A program made the translations under genes and the position numbers. Positions 17,081 through 26,463 of a DNA stretch of 64,000 bases are shown one piece after another. How positions within the stretch are numbered: the stretch's first letter is position 1; every line of letters starts with the position of its first letter. Origin of the DNA: an uncultured Eubacteriales bacterium (lineage in GTDB: Bacteria > Bacillota > Clostridia > Christensenellales > CALVMC01). The notes below the pieces were generated by a model, which searched no databases, was not told the DNA's origin, and saw only the letters and a list, made by a program, of their open reading frames with translations. The stretch covers positions 127,535-191,534 of the forward strand of contig CASFOZ010000001.1 of assembly GCA_949296455.1 (NCBI GenBank). Reading direction: 5' to 3'.

Positions 17081-18031
17081 ATGACAGACGAAAGAGAAAT
17101 GCGGCAGGTATATACCGAAAAACTTATTGAACTTGCCGAAAAAGACGACAGCATTTGCGTACTCGAAGCCGACCTTATGAAATCCACGGGAACCGCACCG
17201 TTTTTTGAAAAATTCCCCGAAAGAAGTTTCGATGTCGGAATTGCCGAAGCTAATATGATAGGGGTTGCGGCAGGGCTTGCTTCCTGCGGTAAAAAGCCTT
17301 TTTGTGCGTCATTTACGCCGTTTATAACGAGAAGGTGCTTTGACCAGATAGCAATCAGCGTATGTTACTCTAATCTGAATGTAAAGCTAATAGGAACAGA
17401 CCCCTCGATAATGGCGGAAATCAACGGCGGAACTCATATGAGTATGGAAGATATCGGCATTATGAGAAGTCTTGCGAATATGGTAATATTCGAGCCGTGC
17501 GACAGCGCAATGTTGAGTGCGTCAATGGAACAGGTGGTAAATTATAACGGACCTTTGTATTTAAGGCTTTTCAGGAAGAAAGCGGAAAAGGTATTCGATA
17601 AAATAGAAAATTTCGATTTATTCAAAGGGATAGAAATAAGCAAAGGAAAAGACTGTACTATAATTGCAAGCGGAATAATGGTTTCAAGAGCGGTAAACGC
17701 AGCAAAAACCTTAAAGAAAGAAGGATTAAGCGTAGGCGTTAGCGAAATACACACGATAAAGCCTATTGACAAAGATATAATAATATCTGCGGCAAAGAGA
17801 AGCGGTGCTATAGTAACGGCTGAAAATCACAGTATATATAACGGTCTTTCGAGCGCCGTCAGTGAAGTTCTTTCGGAAAACTTTCCCGTTCCCCTTACAA
17901 GAGTTGGGATAAACGACAGATTCGGCGAAGTAGGAAAAGCGGCTTATCTTTCCGAAGTTTTCCATATTACCGAAAACGATATATGCGAAGCCGTAAGAAC
18001 ATGTATAAAGAAAAAGAAGGTTAAAAAATAA
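17081..18031 (+). CDS. transketolase, C-terminal (pyrimidine-binding) subunit
   Basis: FDVGIAEANMIGVAAGLA...GGTHMSMEDIGIMRSLANM. I chose the ATG at 17081 after GGAG over the track start at 17054. Confidence 0.9.
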   Translation: MTDEREMRQVYTEKLIELAEKDDSICVLEADLMKSTGTAPFFEKFPERSFDVGIAEANMIGVAAGLASCGKKPFCASFTPFITRRCFDQIAISVCYSNLNVKLIGTDPSIMAEINGGTHMSMEDIGIMRSLANMVIFEPCDSAMLSASMEQVVNYNGPLYLRLFRKKAEKVFDKIENFDLFKGIEISKGKDCTIIASGIMVSRAVNAAKTLKKEGLSVGVSEIHTIKPIDKDIIISAAKRSGAIVTAENHSIYNGLSSAVSEVLSENFPVPLTRVGINDRFGEVGKAAYLSEVFHITENDICEAVRTCIKKKKVKK

Positions 18032-18054
18032 GAATATTAAAACTGATATAAGAA

Positions 18055-18083
18055 AAAACGGAAAAGATATTTCCGTTTTTTTT
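18055..18083 (+). terminator. rho-independent terminator after the transketolase genes
   Basis: AAAACGGAAA-agata-TTTCCGTTTT followed by TTTT. Confidence 0.75.
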
Positions 18084-18201
18084 ATTAATATAAATAATTT
18101 GACTTTATAAAATGGTACCGCTTCAAAAACTTTATTTAAATATTATCTGCAAGAAAGAGTTTAATCTGTTCCCTTGTTTATGATTGAATTGAATTGCAAC
18201 A

Positions 18202-19095
18202 TTAAACGGCGGAATTTTTATCGGCTGAGTTATCAACTTTTTGTAAAGGATCGCCTACGACTATACCTTCCAAGGCTTTATCGATAAACTTACCCGCATA
18301 TCTGTAATAACAGTCAGAAAATCTCGTATATGCAAAATCGAGTTCGGCTTTGGTGGAAAACAACCCGAAAACCGCACTTCCGCTGCCGCTTAAAGAAGCA
18401 AGGGGCGTAACTTTTTTCATTCTTTCGTATAAAGGTTCGATATTGGGATTGATTTTTATCGCAGGATTTAAAAGCACGTTTTCTATATATTTAGGCATTA
18501 AACCGCTTTTGAAAGAATTTACTATATGTTCGATACAGTCTGTTTTTGTGCTGTATTCGTCGTAATAACTGTAACACTTCGAAGTCAAAACACCTTCTTT
18601 CGGCTTTACGATAAGCACGAAAAATTCGCCTTTATAATCAATCGGTTCTAACTGTTCGCCCTTTCCCCTGCCCCTTTTAAGACCGCCTTCCATCATAAAG
18701 GGAACATCGCTTCCGAGGTGGGCACCTATTCTTTTGACATCTTCGAAGTTTTTTTCCGTAAGAAGACTGAGCGCATACAAAACTCCCGCAATATCTGCAG
18801 AAGAGCCGCCGAGTCCCGCCTCGTAAGGAATATTTTTAGTTACGGTTATTTTATAGCAGCCGCCGTAAATACCCGAAAAGGCTCGCACGGTTTTTGACGC
18901 AGAATCGAGAAGTCCTGCGCTTTTGCCGTCGACTATGATATTATTTTCATTTTCACAGAATTCGGCGGTAACGGTATCGAATAAATTGACGGACGCAAAA
19001 ACGGTATCGATTAAATGGTATCCGTCATTAGTCTGTCCTAAAATATTAAGTCCTATATTAATTTTGGCATAAGCCTTAACCTGTGCTTTTCTCAT
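18202..19095 (-). CDS. ispE: 4-diphosphocytidyl-2-C-methyl-D-erythritol kinase
   Basis: AYAKINIGLNILGQTNDGYHLIDTVF and GHMP kinase motif GLGGSSADIAGVL. Confidence 0.85.
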   Translation of the reverse strand: MRKAQVKAYAKINIGLNILGQTNDGYHLIDTVFASVNLFDTVTAEFCENENNIIVDGKSAGLLDSASKTVRAFSGIYGGCYKITVTKNIPYEAGLGGSSADIAGVLYALSLLTEKNFEDVKRIGAHLGSDVPFMMEGGLKRGRGKGEQLEPIDYKGEFFVLIVKPKEGVLTSKCYSYYDEYSTKTDCIEHIVNSFKSGLMPKYIENVLLNPAIKINPNIEPLYERMKKVTPLASLSGSGSAVFGLFSTKAELDFAYTRFSDCYYRYAGKFIDKALEGIVVGDPLQKVDNSADKNSAV

Positions 19096-19252
19096 AATGT
19101 TATTATATCATAAAAATAAAATATGTAAATTATTTTTATTTTTTATAAATATAAACTACTTTGATTATCTAAAATTCGATTATCTAAAATTATTAAGGAA
19201 CGAATTACCGATTTTCAATAAAAGATAATAATAAAAGGTCTTTAAATTTAAC

Positions 19253-19276
19253 GGAGACTGCCGTTAAGCAGTCTCC
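19253..19276 (-). terminator. GC-rich hairpin downstream of the LysM gene (weak T-tract)
   Basis: GGAGACTGC-cgttaa-GCAGTCTCC. Confidence 0.4.
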
Positions 19277-19326
19277 GCCGTGCAATTATGCAATATAGTA
19301 TTACTGTATGCGTTTTTTAGGATAAG

Positions 19327-20844
19327 TTAATCAAGCGATATTTTTCTGAAAATACATACGGGAATATTGCTTTCGACAGGTTCTTTAAGGTCTGGATTCT
19401 GTTTCAAAATTTCTTCGGGTTTCATATTGAGAGCTTTTGCTATATCCCACATAGTTTCGCCTTTTTCTGCAAGATATACGCTTATTGCGTTTTTGGGCGA
19501 AACTTTGTCTTCTCCTTCTTCTACGGAGGCAATATACTCGATACTGCCGCTGTCGAAAATTTCGAGACAGAATTTAAGTTCTGCGATAGCTTCGATTTCT
19601 TTATCTCTTTTTGCTCTTGCGTAAATATTCGAAAGGGTGACAGTGCCTTTTATTTTGCTGTCTGCGGTAACGTTATCGGCTCTGAGTTCTATCGAGTAAG
19701 GAAGTTCAACCTGTACGGAATTGATATCCGAGTTATCGTCTTCGTAAATTACCGCTGCGCTGACTACGCCTTCTGCCGTTACGGAATCTTTATTGGGAAT
19801 AAGATTTACGAGGACGCTTTTGCTTGCGCTTGTTGTAATAATATCTTTAATAGCCGTCATCTGAACATCAAGCTGAGCGGTGCCGTTGATTTTTTCATCG
19901 AAGAATTTACAACCTGTGTAGTATTCGGTATTTTTAACAAGCGTTTCTTTTATCAAATCTTTTTCTGCGCAGTAGATATCGCTGATAACTTCTATACTTT
20001 TGTCTTCGTAAGTATTTGCGCATATTTTAAGCTGTATCTGAGCCTTGATAAGATTATTTGTCTCGTTTCCGCTGAGAATAATTTTGCTGTCGGTAATTTC
20101 GGCTCTTACGCTTACCTTTTGACCTGCGAAAGCGCCGTTTACGGTAACTTCTTCGCTGAAAGGCATAGAAAAACATTTGGTAATTATCCCGGTAGTACCT
20201 TTATAGATAATATCGGTGATAATTTCACCCGAAACAAGCACGCTGTCGATACCGCACTTGATATCGGCAACGACTGCGGCGCTGTCGAAAAGAAGAACTT
20301 TATCGATATTGGTATTTGTTTCGAATTCTTCTGCTATTTCAAAACTTCCTTCGCCGCTTCCGGTAAGATTCTGCACTCTTATGTCCTTAATCTGTTTAAG
20401 ACAGTTATCGGAAACATCGACAAGTACTTTCATTTCGTTAAAAAAGAGTTCGTCGATATTAATTTCGGTCAAAGCCATAAGTTTAATCTGATTATCGGTT
20501 GCGCTGACAGAAATATCACCGACAGAAGCGGTCGGAATAATTTTGCTTTGCGGAACGACGCCTTCCTGCTGAACGGTGTCGGTGAACTCTGCTATATAAT
20601 CGAGAGAAAGCACATCGTTTTCCGAATCGAGATAGAGTACCTTAAAGTTAACCATTCCGTTGAGTTTGATTTCGTCGACTAAAGCCTCGGAATTGGTGAT
20701 TCTTGCGGTACCTTCTACGCCGAGAATTTTTTTGATACCTTTTTGTTCCTGAGGTGAAATGTTGCACCCTACCGAAATCTGTTTTTTAGCAAGAAATTTT
20801 CTGCCGTCGATTTTTATATTATCGAAATTAGGTTGAATATACAT
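19327..20844 (-). CDS. DUF3794-repeat protein with C-terminal LysM domain (SipL/SpoVID-functional-analog-like spore morphogenetic protein)
   Basis: C-terminal LysM (ISVYLAEKGETMWDIAKALNMKPEEILKQNPDL). Its size and position between veg and ispE resemble the clostridial sipL locus, as far as I recall. Start moved to the ATG at 20844, preceded by GGAGG. Confidence 0.55.
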   Translation of the reverse strand: MYIQPNFDNIKIDGRKFLAKKQISVGCNISPQEQKGIKKILGVEGTARITNSEALVDEIKLNGMVNFKVLYLDSENDVLSLDYIAEFTDTVQQEGVVPQSKIIPTASVGDISVSATDNQIKLMALTEINIDELFFNEMKVLVDVSDNCLKQIKDIRVQNLTGSGEGSFEIAEEFETNTNIDKVLLFDSAAVVADIKCGIDSVLVSGEIITDIIYKGTTGIITKCFSMPFSEEVTVNGAFAGQKVSVRAEITDSKIILSGNETNNLIKAQIQLKICANTYEDKSIEVISDIYCAEKDLIKETLVKNTEYYTGCKFFDEKINGTAQLDVQMTAIKDIITTSASKSVLVNLIPNKDSVTAEGVVSAAVIYEDDNSDINSVQVELPYSIELRADNVTADSKIKGTVTLSNIYARAKRDKEIEAIAELKFCLEIFDSGSIEYIASVEEGEDKVSPKNAISVYLAEKGETMWDIAKALNMKPEEILKQNPDLKEPVESNIPVCIFRKISLD

Positions 20845-20969
20845 AATTGCCTCCAAAGATAAATTCAATATATTATACTTTGAAAGCAAAATTTTATTAC
20901 AAAAATTTGAAAATTGTTTTTTTCGGTATTTTTTTTGAAAAATAGGAAATACTGTTTTTGGAGGCGTCT

Positions 20970-21218
20970 ATGCGTGAAATTATATATGAAATGGAACTGT
21001 CCAAAAAACGGGTACTTCTGCTTAAAGACAAAAAAATAGGATTTAAAGTAAATAAAGGCAGAAATAAATTTATTACATTCGACGGATATATCGATAAACT
21101 TTATCCTTCTATATTTACGGTTAAGACAATAATCGACGGAAAAGAAATAATATTGTCGTTTTCATACAGCGATGTTCTGACTAAAAATATTATGTTTTTC
21201 CAGAAATGTTTCAATTAA
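20970..21218 (+). CDS. veg: Veg protein
   Basis: KVNKGRNKFITFDGYIDKLYPSIFTV...SFSYSDVLT parallels B. subtilis Veg ([23 protein letters not shown]...SYSYADILT). ATG at 20970 after GGAGG. Confidence 0.8.
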   Translation: MREIIYEMELSKKRVLLLKDKKIGFKVNKGRNKFITFDGYIDKLYPSIFTVKTIIDGKEIILSFSYSDVLTKNIMFFQKCFN

Positions 21219-21312
21219 AATAATTTTTGAAATTAAAAAAGAGCTTTTAAGCTATTTTTTTATATCGCTATTTTATAATATTAAACACTTTTAAATAAGT
21301 ATTTAGGTTAAA

Positions 21313-21798
21313 TCAAATATCTTCTGCGTCGTCGTCGCTTTCTTCATAATCGTCAAGGTCGCCGTCGTCGATAGAATCGATTTCGATATCGTCGAAATCG
21401 TCTTTTAAGCCGTCTTCCTCGTCCATATCCTCGTTTTCTTCTTCCTGCATTGCGTTAAGAGAAATAAGTTTTTCTTCGTCTTCGTCTTCTATATCGCAGG
21501 TTTCGTCTTTTTCGTCATCGTCCCATTCTTCTTCGGATTTTTCGATATCGTCAAGACCGCTGTACTTCGAGCGTCTGCAACTTTCGCACATTGTTTCCTT
21601 ACCGTGGATATAATTCGATTTGCATACGGGACAAAGTTCTTCGATATCGTCGAGAAATTCTTCTATCTCTTCTTCCTCTTCATAATTTTGGGAACCGTCA
21701 TAGTTAAGTTCGGCTTTACAAACATCGCAAAGGTCTTGCTTTTTCAATATCCAGTTAAGTTCACATCTCGGACATTTTATATATTCTTGTTTACCCAT
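21313..21798 (-). CDS. double zinc-ribbon protein with an extremely acidic C-terminal half, function unknown
   Basis: CPRC-x13-CDVC and CPVC-x11-CESC, followed by about 90 residues that are mostly D/E. AAGGAG RBS. Located 83 nt downstream of spo0A on the same strand. Confidence 0.6.
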   Translation of the reverse strand: MGKQEYIKCPRCELNWILKKQDLCDVCKAELNYDGSQNYEEEEEIEEFLDDIEELCPVCKSNYIHGKETMCESCRRSKYSGLDDIEKSEEEWDDDEKDETCDIEDEDEEKLISLNAMQEEENEDMDEEDGLKDDFDDIEIDSIDDGDLDDYEESDDDAEDI

Positions 21799-21881
21799 AA
21801 AACACTCCTTGTCGGTTATAACGAGAATATTATATTTATTTATAACCTAAATGTAAACTGTTTAACCGTATTTTTTTTTAA

Positions 21882-22673
21882 TTATGCGCCCTCAATTAAC
21901 ATTTTATCTGCAATTAAAGCGATAAATTCGCCGTTTGTGGGTTTTTCTGTACTCGAATATACCTTTATTCCGAAAAGATTATTTATTTTTTCGATTTTAC
22001 CTCTGTTCCAAGCAACTTCGATAGCGTGCCTTATCGCCCTTTCGACTTTACTTGCCGTCGTGTTGAAACGCTCGGCAATTGTAGGATAGAGTTTTTTAGT
22101 TATGGCGTTTATAAACTCGGGTTTTTCGACGGTAAGCTTAATAGCTTCTCTTAAAAACTGATACCCTTTGACATGAGCCGGAATACCTACCATTATAAAC
22201 AGATTTGAAAGTTTTTCGTCGAGAAAATTTTTGCTCTTTTGAGCGGGAAATTTTTTGAGTTCGATTTCAGGCGCAACGGGTTTGACATCGTTTACGGGGG
22301 CGGTATTAAAATCAAAAAGTCTTGACCTTAAATTTTCCAAGCTGAAAGGCTTTGCCATAATATAGCTTGCGCCGCACTGAAAGGCTTTCGTTACATAACT
22401 GTCCTTAATTACTCTTGAAAGAACAATAATAACAGGTTTTACTCCAATATTTGTTTTTTGTATTACTTCGAGAACGCCGAAGCCGTCAAGCCCCGGCAAA
22501 ATTAAATCGAGAACGACTGCGTCGGGAACAACGGAATTATACATATTGAGTAAATCGTATCCGTTCGATGCTATTCCGCAAATTTCCACTTCACTGTCTT
22601 TTTTGAAAAATTCCTTGATTTGTTTTACTTGCTCTTCGTTTTCTTCACCAACAATAACTTTCAGCTTACCCAT
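21882..22673 (-). CDS. spo0A: sporulation master response regulator Spo0A
   Basis: Receiver domain (DAVVLDLILPGLDG, AKPF) plus the Spo0A-specific C-terminal domain with SKVERAIRHAIEVAWNRG. Confidence 0.9.
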   Translation of the reverse strand: MGKLKVIVGEENEEQVKQIKEFFKKDSEVEICGIASNGYDLLNMYNSVVPDAVVLDLILPGLDGFGVLEVIQKTNIGVKPVIIVLSRVIKDSYVTKAFQCGASYIMAKPFSLENLRSRLFDFNTAPVNDVKPVAPEIELKKFPAQKSKNFLDEKLSNLFIMVGIPAHVKGYQFLREAIKLTVEKPEFINAITKKLYPTIAERFNTTASKVERAIRHAIEVAWNRGKIEKINNLFGIKVYSSTEKPTNGEFIALIADKMLIEGA

Positions 22674-23131
22674 AAATTTAATTATATACTCCTTTATCTT
22701 TAATGATTATATAATATCATCTTATTGTACAAAAAGTAAAGTGATTGTTTTACATTAATTATCTTTTTTTGTAAAAACATAATAAATTTACCGTAAAATT
22801 GTAAAAAGGATATACTTTTTATTGCAGATTTATATATAACTTTTGATATTTTACTAAAAGGCTTTAAAAAAAGAAAAATAATTTTTGTTTTTTAAGCATA
22901 TTATGCAAAGAAAATTATAAATATAAACTTTTTAAGTTGTTTTTAAAAGATATCATGAATAAATAAAGAAATTTATAAATAAATAAATTACTTTGTTGTT
23001 TAATCGGTTTTACCTAAACAAAACGGCAAATTCTTTTCGGATACAAACAGGACGGCAAAGAATTTTGATTTTTCCCCTTTCGCAAGTTAGCGGCTTTTTG
23101 TAGTACGATTTGAAAACAACGCCTTAAAAAT

Positions 23132-23160
23132 AAAAAAAACCGAAAATTCATTCGGTTTTT
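23132..23160 (-). terminator. rho-independent terminator downstream of the DUF5050-like lipoprotein gene
   Basis: AAAACCGAA-aattca-TTCGGTTTT, with a T-run on the minus strand. Confidence 0.7.
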
Positions 23161-23203
23161 CAGTTGCTTTTCTTTTTTCGATTTTCAATTCCTTTTCTTC
23201 AAA

Positions 23204-24643
23204 TTATGCGGAAGTCTCCTCGTTTGCTTCCGCGCTTTCATCGATTATTCCGACAAAAACATCTATATCCTGATTTTCGTCCGACGCAGAATAATCTTTA
23301 TATCTTGCCAAATCGAATGTATGGACATAAGTGTTATCCGAAGAATTTATATAGTAGAGTTTACCGTTAAATATAATAGGATTGGTAAAATCGGTGGAAA
23401 TTCCTGCGGGAAGAACTTGCTTTTCGTTTTCGGCTGTTGTAAAGGACGAATCGGAATTCATTATAAGAAGTTTGTAAATTGCAGACTCTCTTAAATAATA
23501 TAAATAATACCCTTCCTGCCCTGCGTCGTTATTTTCTTTGATAATTTTAATCGGTGTTATGCTGCCCGTGTTTACGGCGGTTCTGGTTCCGTTTACAAGT
23601 ACAAGCGCACTGTCATAAACTATTGCGCCTGCTGCATAGGATATAGGATAAACCTTGGAAACATCTGTTGCTGTTGGAAGAAGTTCTTTTTCTCCGCTTG
23701 CGGTAAATGTTAAATTCGAGTCAAACTTATATGCGTAAAGTCCTTTAACCGTACTTGTATCGCCTACCGTATAACTTTTGGAATAATAAACCGTTACACT
23801 GCCGTCACTCTCTTCTACGGAAGTTTTTAAGGTTATTTTGAATGTTTCTCTTTCGGTAGGATTTTCCGAATAAGCGGTTTTGCCGATTAACAGTTTTTTA
23901 TCCGTACCGTCGGCTTTTACGGCATAGACTTCGTTATAGTTTTGAGAAGCTCCGTCTTCGTTAGTTACCGACTTTGCATAGAAAACATAGTTGCTTAAAG
24001 GATATGCGCCTTGCGGGTCGTAGTTTGCAGTCTGCGTGAATAAAACTCCGCTGACGCTGTCGCTTATCAAAGTTGCGCTTTCGTCGTTCATTTTGTTTTT
24101 ATAAACAACGGTGTATAAGGAAGAATTGACATAATAAACAAGTGCCGTTTCGGTAAATTTATAAGTTATCGAACTTCCCTGTACGGTTTTTATGAGTTGG
24201 GTACCCGTCCCGTCGATTTTGGTGCGGTAGAACATATATTCGTCTGTATTCAATACACCCTTGTTATCTGTTTTTGTAGTACTGCTGACATAGTATATCC
24301 ATTCGCCGAAAATGCTTATAGCCCCTGCTCCCATAGAAGAAACCTGTTTGGGTACTATCATTTGAAAATCGGAAAGAGAACCGCTTTCCGAAACGGTAGC
24401 GCGGACTATCCCGCCTTTTGTAACCTTTCCGAAATAATTTTCTTCCGCTTCACTGAACCCTGCGCTCGCTCCGTTTACAAAGTAAATGTATCCGCCCTGT
24501 TTAACAACGAAACTGCCGTTATTTTCAACCTTTGCGGTAGGGTCGCCCCCTTCGACTTTTTTTGCGGAAAAACTTTCGCAGGCGCAAAGAGCAAATATCA
24601 TAACAAGTATCGCCGCTATTATTGCCGTAATCTTTTTTGCCAT
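23204..24643 (-). CDS. lipoprotein with repeated beta-propeller-like blades (DUF5050-like)
   Basis: Lipobox ALCAC. Recurrent blade-like motifs GGYIYFVNG, GEWIYYVSS, ALVYYVNSSLY, YVFYAKS, VTVYYSKS, GYYLYYL, GKLYYINS. Confidence 0.55.
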   Translation of the reverse strand: MAKKITAIIAAILVMIFALCACESFSAKKVEGGDPTAKVENNGSFVVKQGGYIYFVNGASAGFSEAEENYFGKVTKGGIVRATVSESGSLSDFQMIVPKQVSSMGAGAISIFGEWIYYVSSTTKTDNKGVLNTDEYMFYRTKIDGTGTQLIKTVQGSSITYKFTETALVYYVNSSLYTVVYKNKMNDESATLISDSVSGVLFTQTANYDPQGAYPLSNYVFYAKSVTNEDGASQNYNEVYAVKADGTDKKLLIGKTAYSENPTERETFKITLKTSVEESDGSVTVYYSKSYTVGDTSTVKGLYAYKFDSNLTFTASGEKELLPTATDVSKVYPISYAAGAIVYDSALVLVNGTRTAVNTGSITPIKIIKENNDAGQEGYYLYYLRESAIYKLLIMNSDSSFTTAENEKQVLPAGISTDFTNPIIFNGKLYYINSSDNTYVHTFDLARYKDYSASDENQDIDVFVGIIDESAEANEETSA

Positions 24644-24965
24644 ATTTAAAACTCCCGTAAAAGATTATAACTTTTATTGTTGATTAATATCTTATAGTAT
24701 ATACTATCGAAAAAATATTTGCAATTATTTTTAGTTAACCTTAATTTAATTATTAAATATATAATACAGAATATACCGAAACAAGTTTTATAATTTTAAT
24801 CGGAATTTGATATTTTTCGAGAAATTTTCCGATATTCGTAATTTTAGCCAAAGCGTTAACTACTTAATTTTGAACGGTAACCGCTAAAAAATCATCGAAA
24901 CATTTTATCGATTTTAATTTTTAGAATTTTTTAAACAAAAGTTTATTTGTGTTTATCCGGACAAT

Positions 24966-24995
24966 AAAAAAACAGGCTTCAAAAGAAGCCTGTTT
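24966..24995 (-). terminator. bidirectional rho-independent terminator
   Basis: AAACAGGCTTC-aaaa-GAAGCCTGTTT. Confidence 0.7.
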
Positions 24996-25011
24996 ATTTC
25001 ATTTTACAATC

Positions 25012-26088
25012 TTAAAGAGTTGTGAATTTAGCGTCACCGTAGGTGAAAGCAGATTCAATCTTCAAAGAAGTTGTAAGTTTGATACCAGTACCGTCAACGA
25101 GCCACCCTCTAACCAAGTCTAATGCTGTTCCGATTACACTGTCAAATTCAGAAATATCCAAATCATCGAAGAAGGAAACAACAAATTCAACGGTTTCTCT
25201 TGAAACCAATTTTAGTGCATCTTCTTCTGAAATTGAAAGTAAAGTTACATTTTTCTGTTCGGTTTTAAGAGACTGAATGAGTTCGCCTTTCATATCTGCA
25301 GTACAAGCGATATCAAAACCTTTCCAAGTGATAACATAGTCGAAGAGCTGCTGTGCGTTCATTTTTCTGCTTTCGCCGAGAAGTTTTTCTGTAACAGCTT
25401 CGCACATTTCGTTCATGGTAAGCATCTGTTCTTCGCCGCCGCCGGTATATTTGTATTTTGTGGTGTTGTTAACAACGCCGTCTACAAACTGGTCATACCA
25501 ACCTTTGAAGGCAACATCGCTCTTAACAGTTCCGGTTGTTGCAACATCGTTAGAGTAAAGAACACTTACAGCGTCTCTCGAGAAAGATACATACTGTTCG
25601 ATAGTTGCAGCGTCGATTTCAACGGGAGCGGAAGCACTGCCTAAGGAATAAGAGAAGGTTCCTACTTTAACGGTACCGAAACCTTTATATTTACTCTGAG
25701 CTGCGTTATAGCCTAATGTTATATCGAGATTGACTTTCATATTCTCTGTGATCCAAGAAAGGTCGGTTCCCATATTTTGTCCTACTGTGCTTATAATTGA
25801 TGAAAGACCAGCAAGTCCAGGAATGCTGAGATTGATATCGCCTTTAATGGTGACGTTCATATCCCCTGCTTCGTTGTATTGTCTTACTACATTGAGTTTG
25901 CTTTCCTTGATTTCTACAAGGAAGGTACCGATATTCAGTTTAGCGCTGAAAGTGTAAACTTCGGTAGCTGTTTTGTTTTCAGCTTCCGCCCAGGATTTGG
26001 GGCTGTTACAAGCAGTAAGCAAGCAAACTGAAAGTATCGAAACGATAGCGACAACGGCTATCATGATCTTTTTAACTGTTTTGCTCAT
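25012..26088 (-). CDS. lipoprotein of unknown function (atypical, CpG-poor codon usage)
   Basis: Signal peptide plus lipobox LLTAC. Start moved to the ATG at 26088, preceded by GGAGG. I recognised no family motif. Confidence 0.6.
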   Translation of the reverse strand: MSKTVKKIMIAVVAIVSILSVCLLTACNSPKSWAEAENKTATEVYTFSAKLNIGTFLVEIKESKLNVVRQYNEAGDMNVTIKGDINLSIPGLAGLSSIISTVGQNMGTDLSWITENMKVNLDITLGYNAAQSKYKGFGTVKVGTFSYSLGSASAPVEIDAATIEQYVSFSRDAVSVLYSNDVATTGTVKSDVAFKGWYDQFVDGVVNNTTKYKYTGGGEEQMLTMNEMCEAVTEKLLGESRKMNAQQLFDYVITWKGFDIACTADMKGELIQSLKTEQKNVTLLSISEEDALKLVSRETVEFVVSFFDDLDISEFDSVIGTALDLVRGWLVDGTGIKLTTSLKIESAFTYGDAKFTTL

Positions 26089-26428
26089 AAAATCCTCCAT
26101 AAAAATTTTTTAGATTTATTATATTATATTGTAGAGTAAAATGTTTATGCTGTCAACGATTTTTCGAGAAAAACTTTATATATAAATATTTATATAATTA
26201 CACATTAAATGAACTTTAAATTTATATATTTATTATTTTTTTTATAGTTTAATGCCGAAAATTATTTAACGATGATTTAAAACTGTTCGGAAATTAAAGT
26301 ACGGCTTATAATAACCTGCAAAGACACTTTAAAAGAAATAATATAAACTAAATCAGCAAATATTACCGTTACAACGAAAAAAGCAATTAAATAAGTAATT
26401 TCAGATTCAAAACCCGTTTGCAGGATAT

Positions 26429-26457
26429 TTGACAGTTTTTTTCTAAAAATATATCAT
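26429..26457 (+). promoter_or_regulatory. sigma-A type promoter (TTGACA-17-TATCAT) ending 6 nt before the ATG
   Basis: TTGACA 26429-26434 and TATCAT 26452-26457. The ATG is at 26464 with no Shine-Dalgarno in between. Confidence 0.45.
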
Positions 26458-26463
26458 ATTTTT

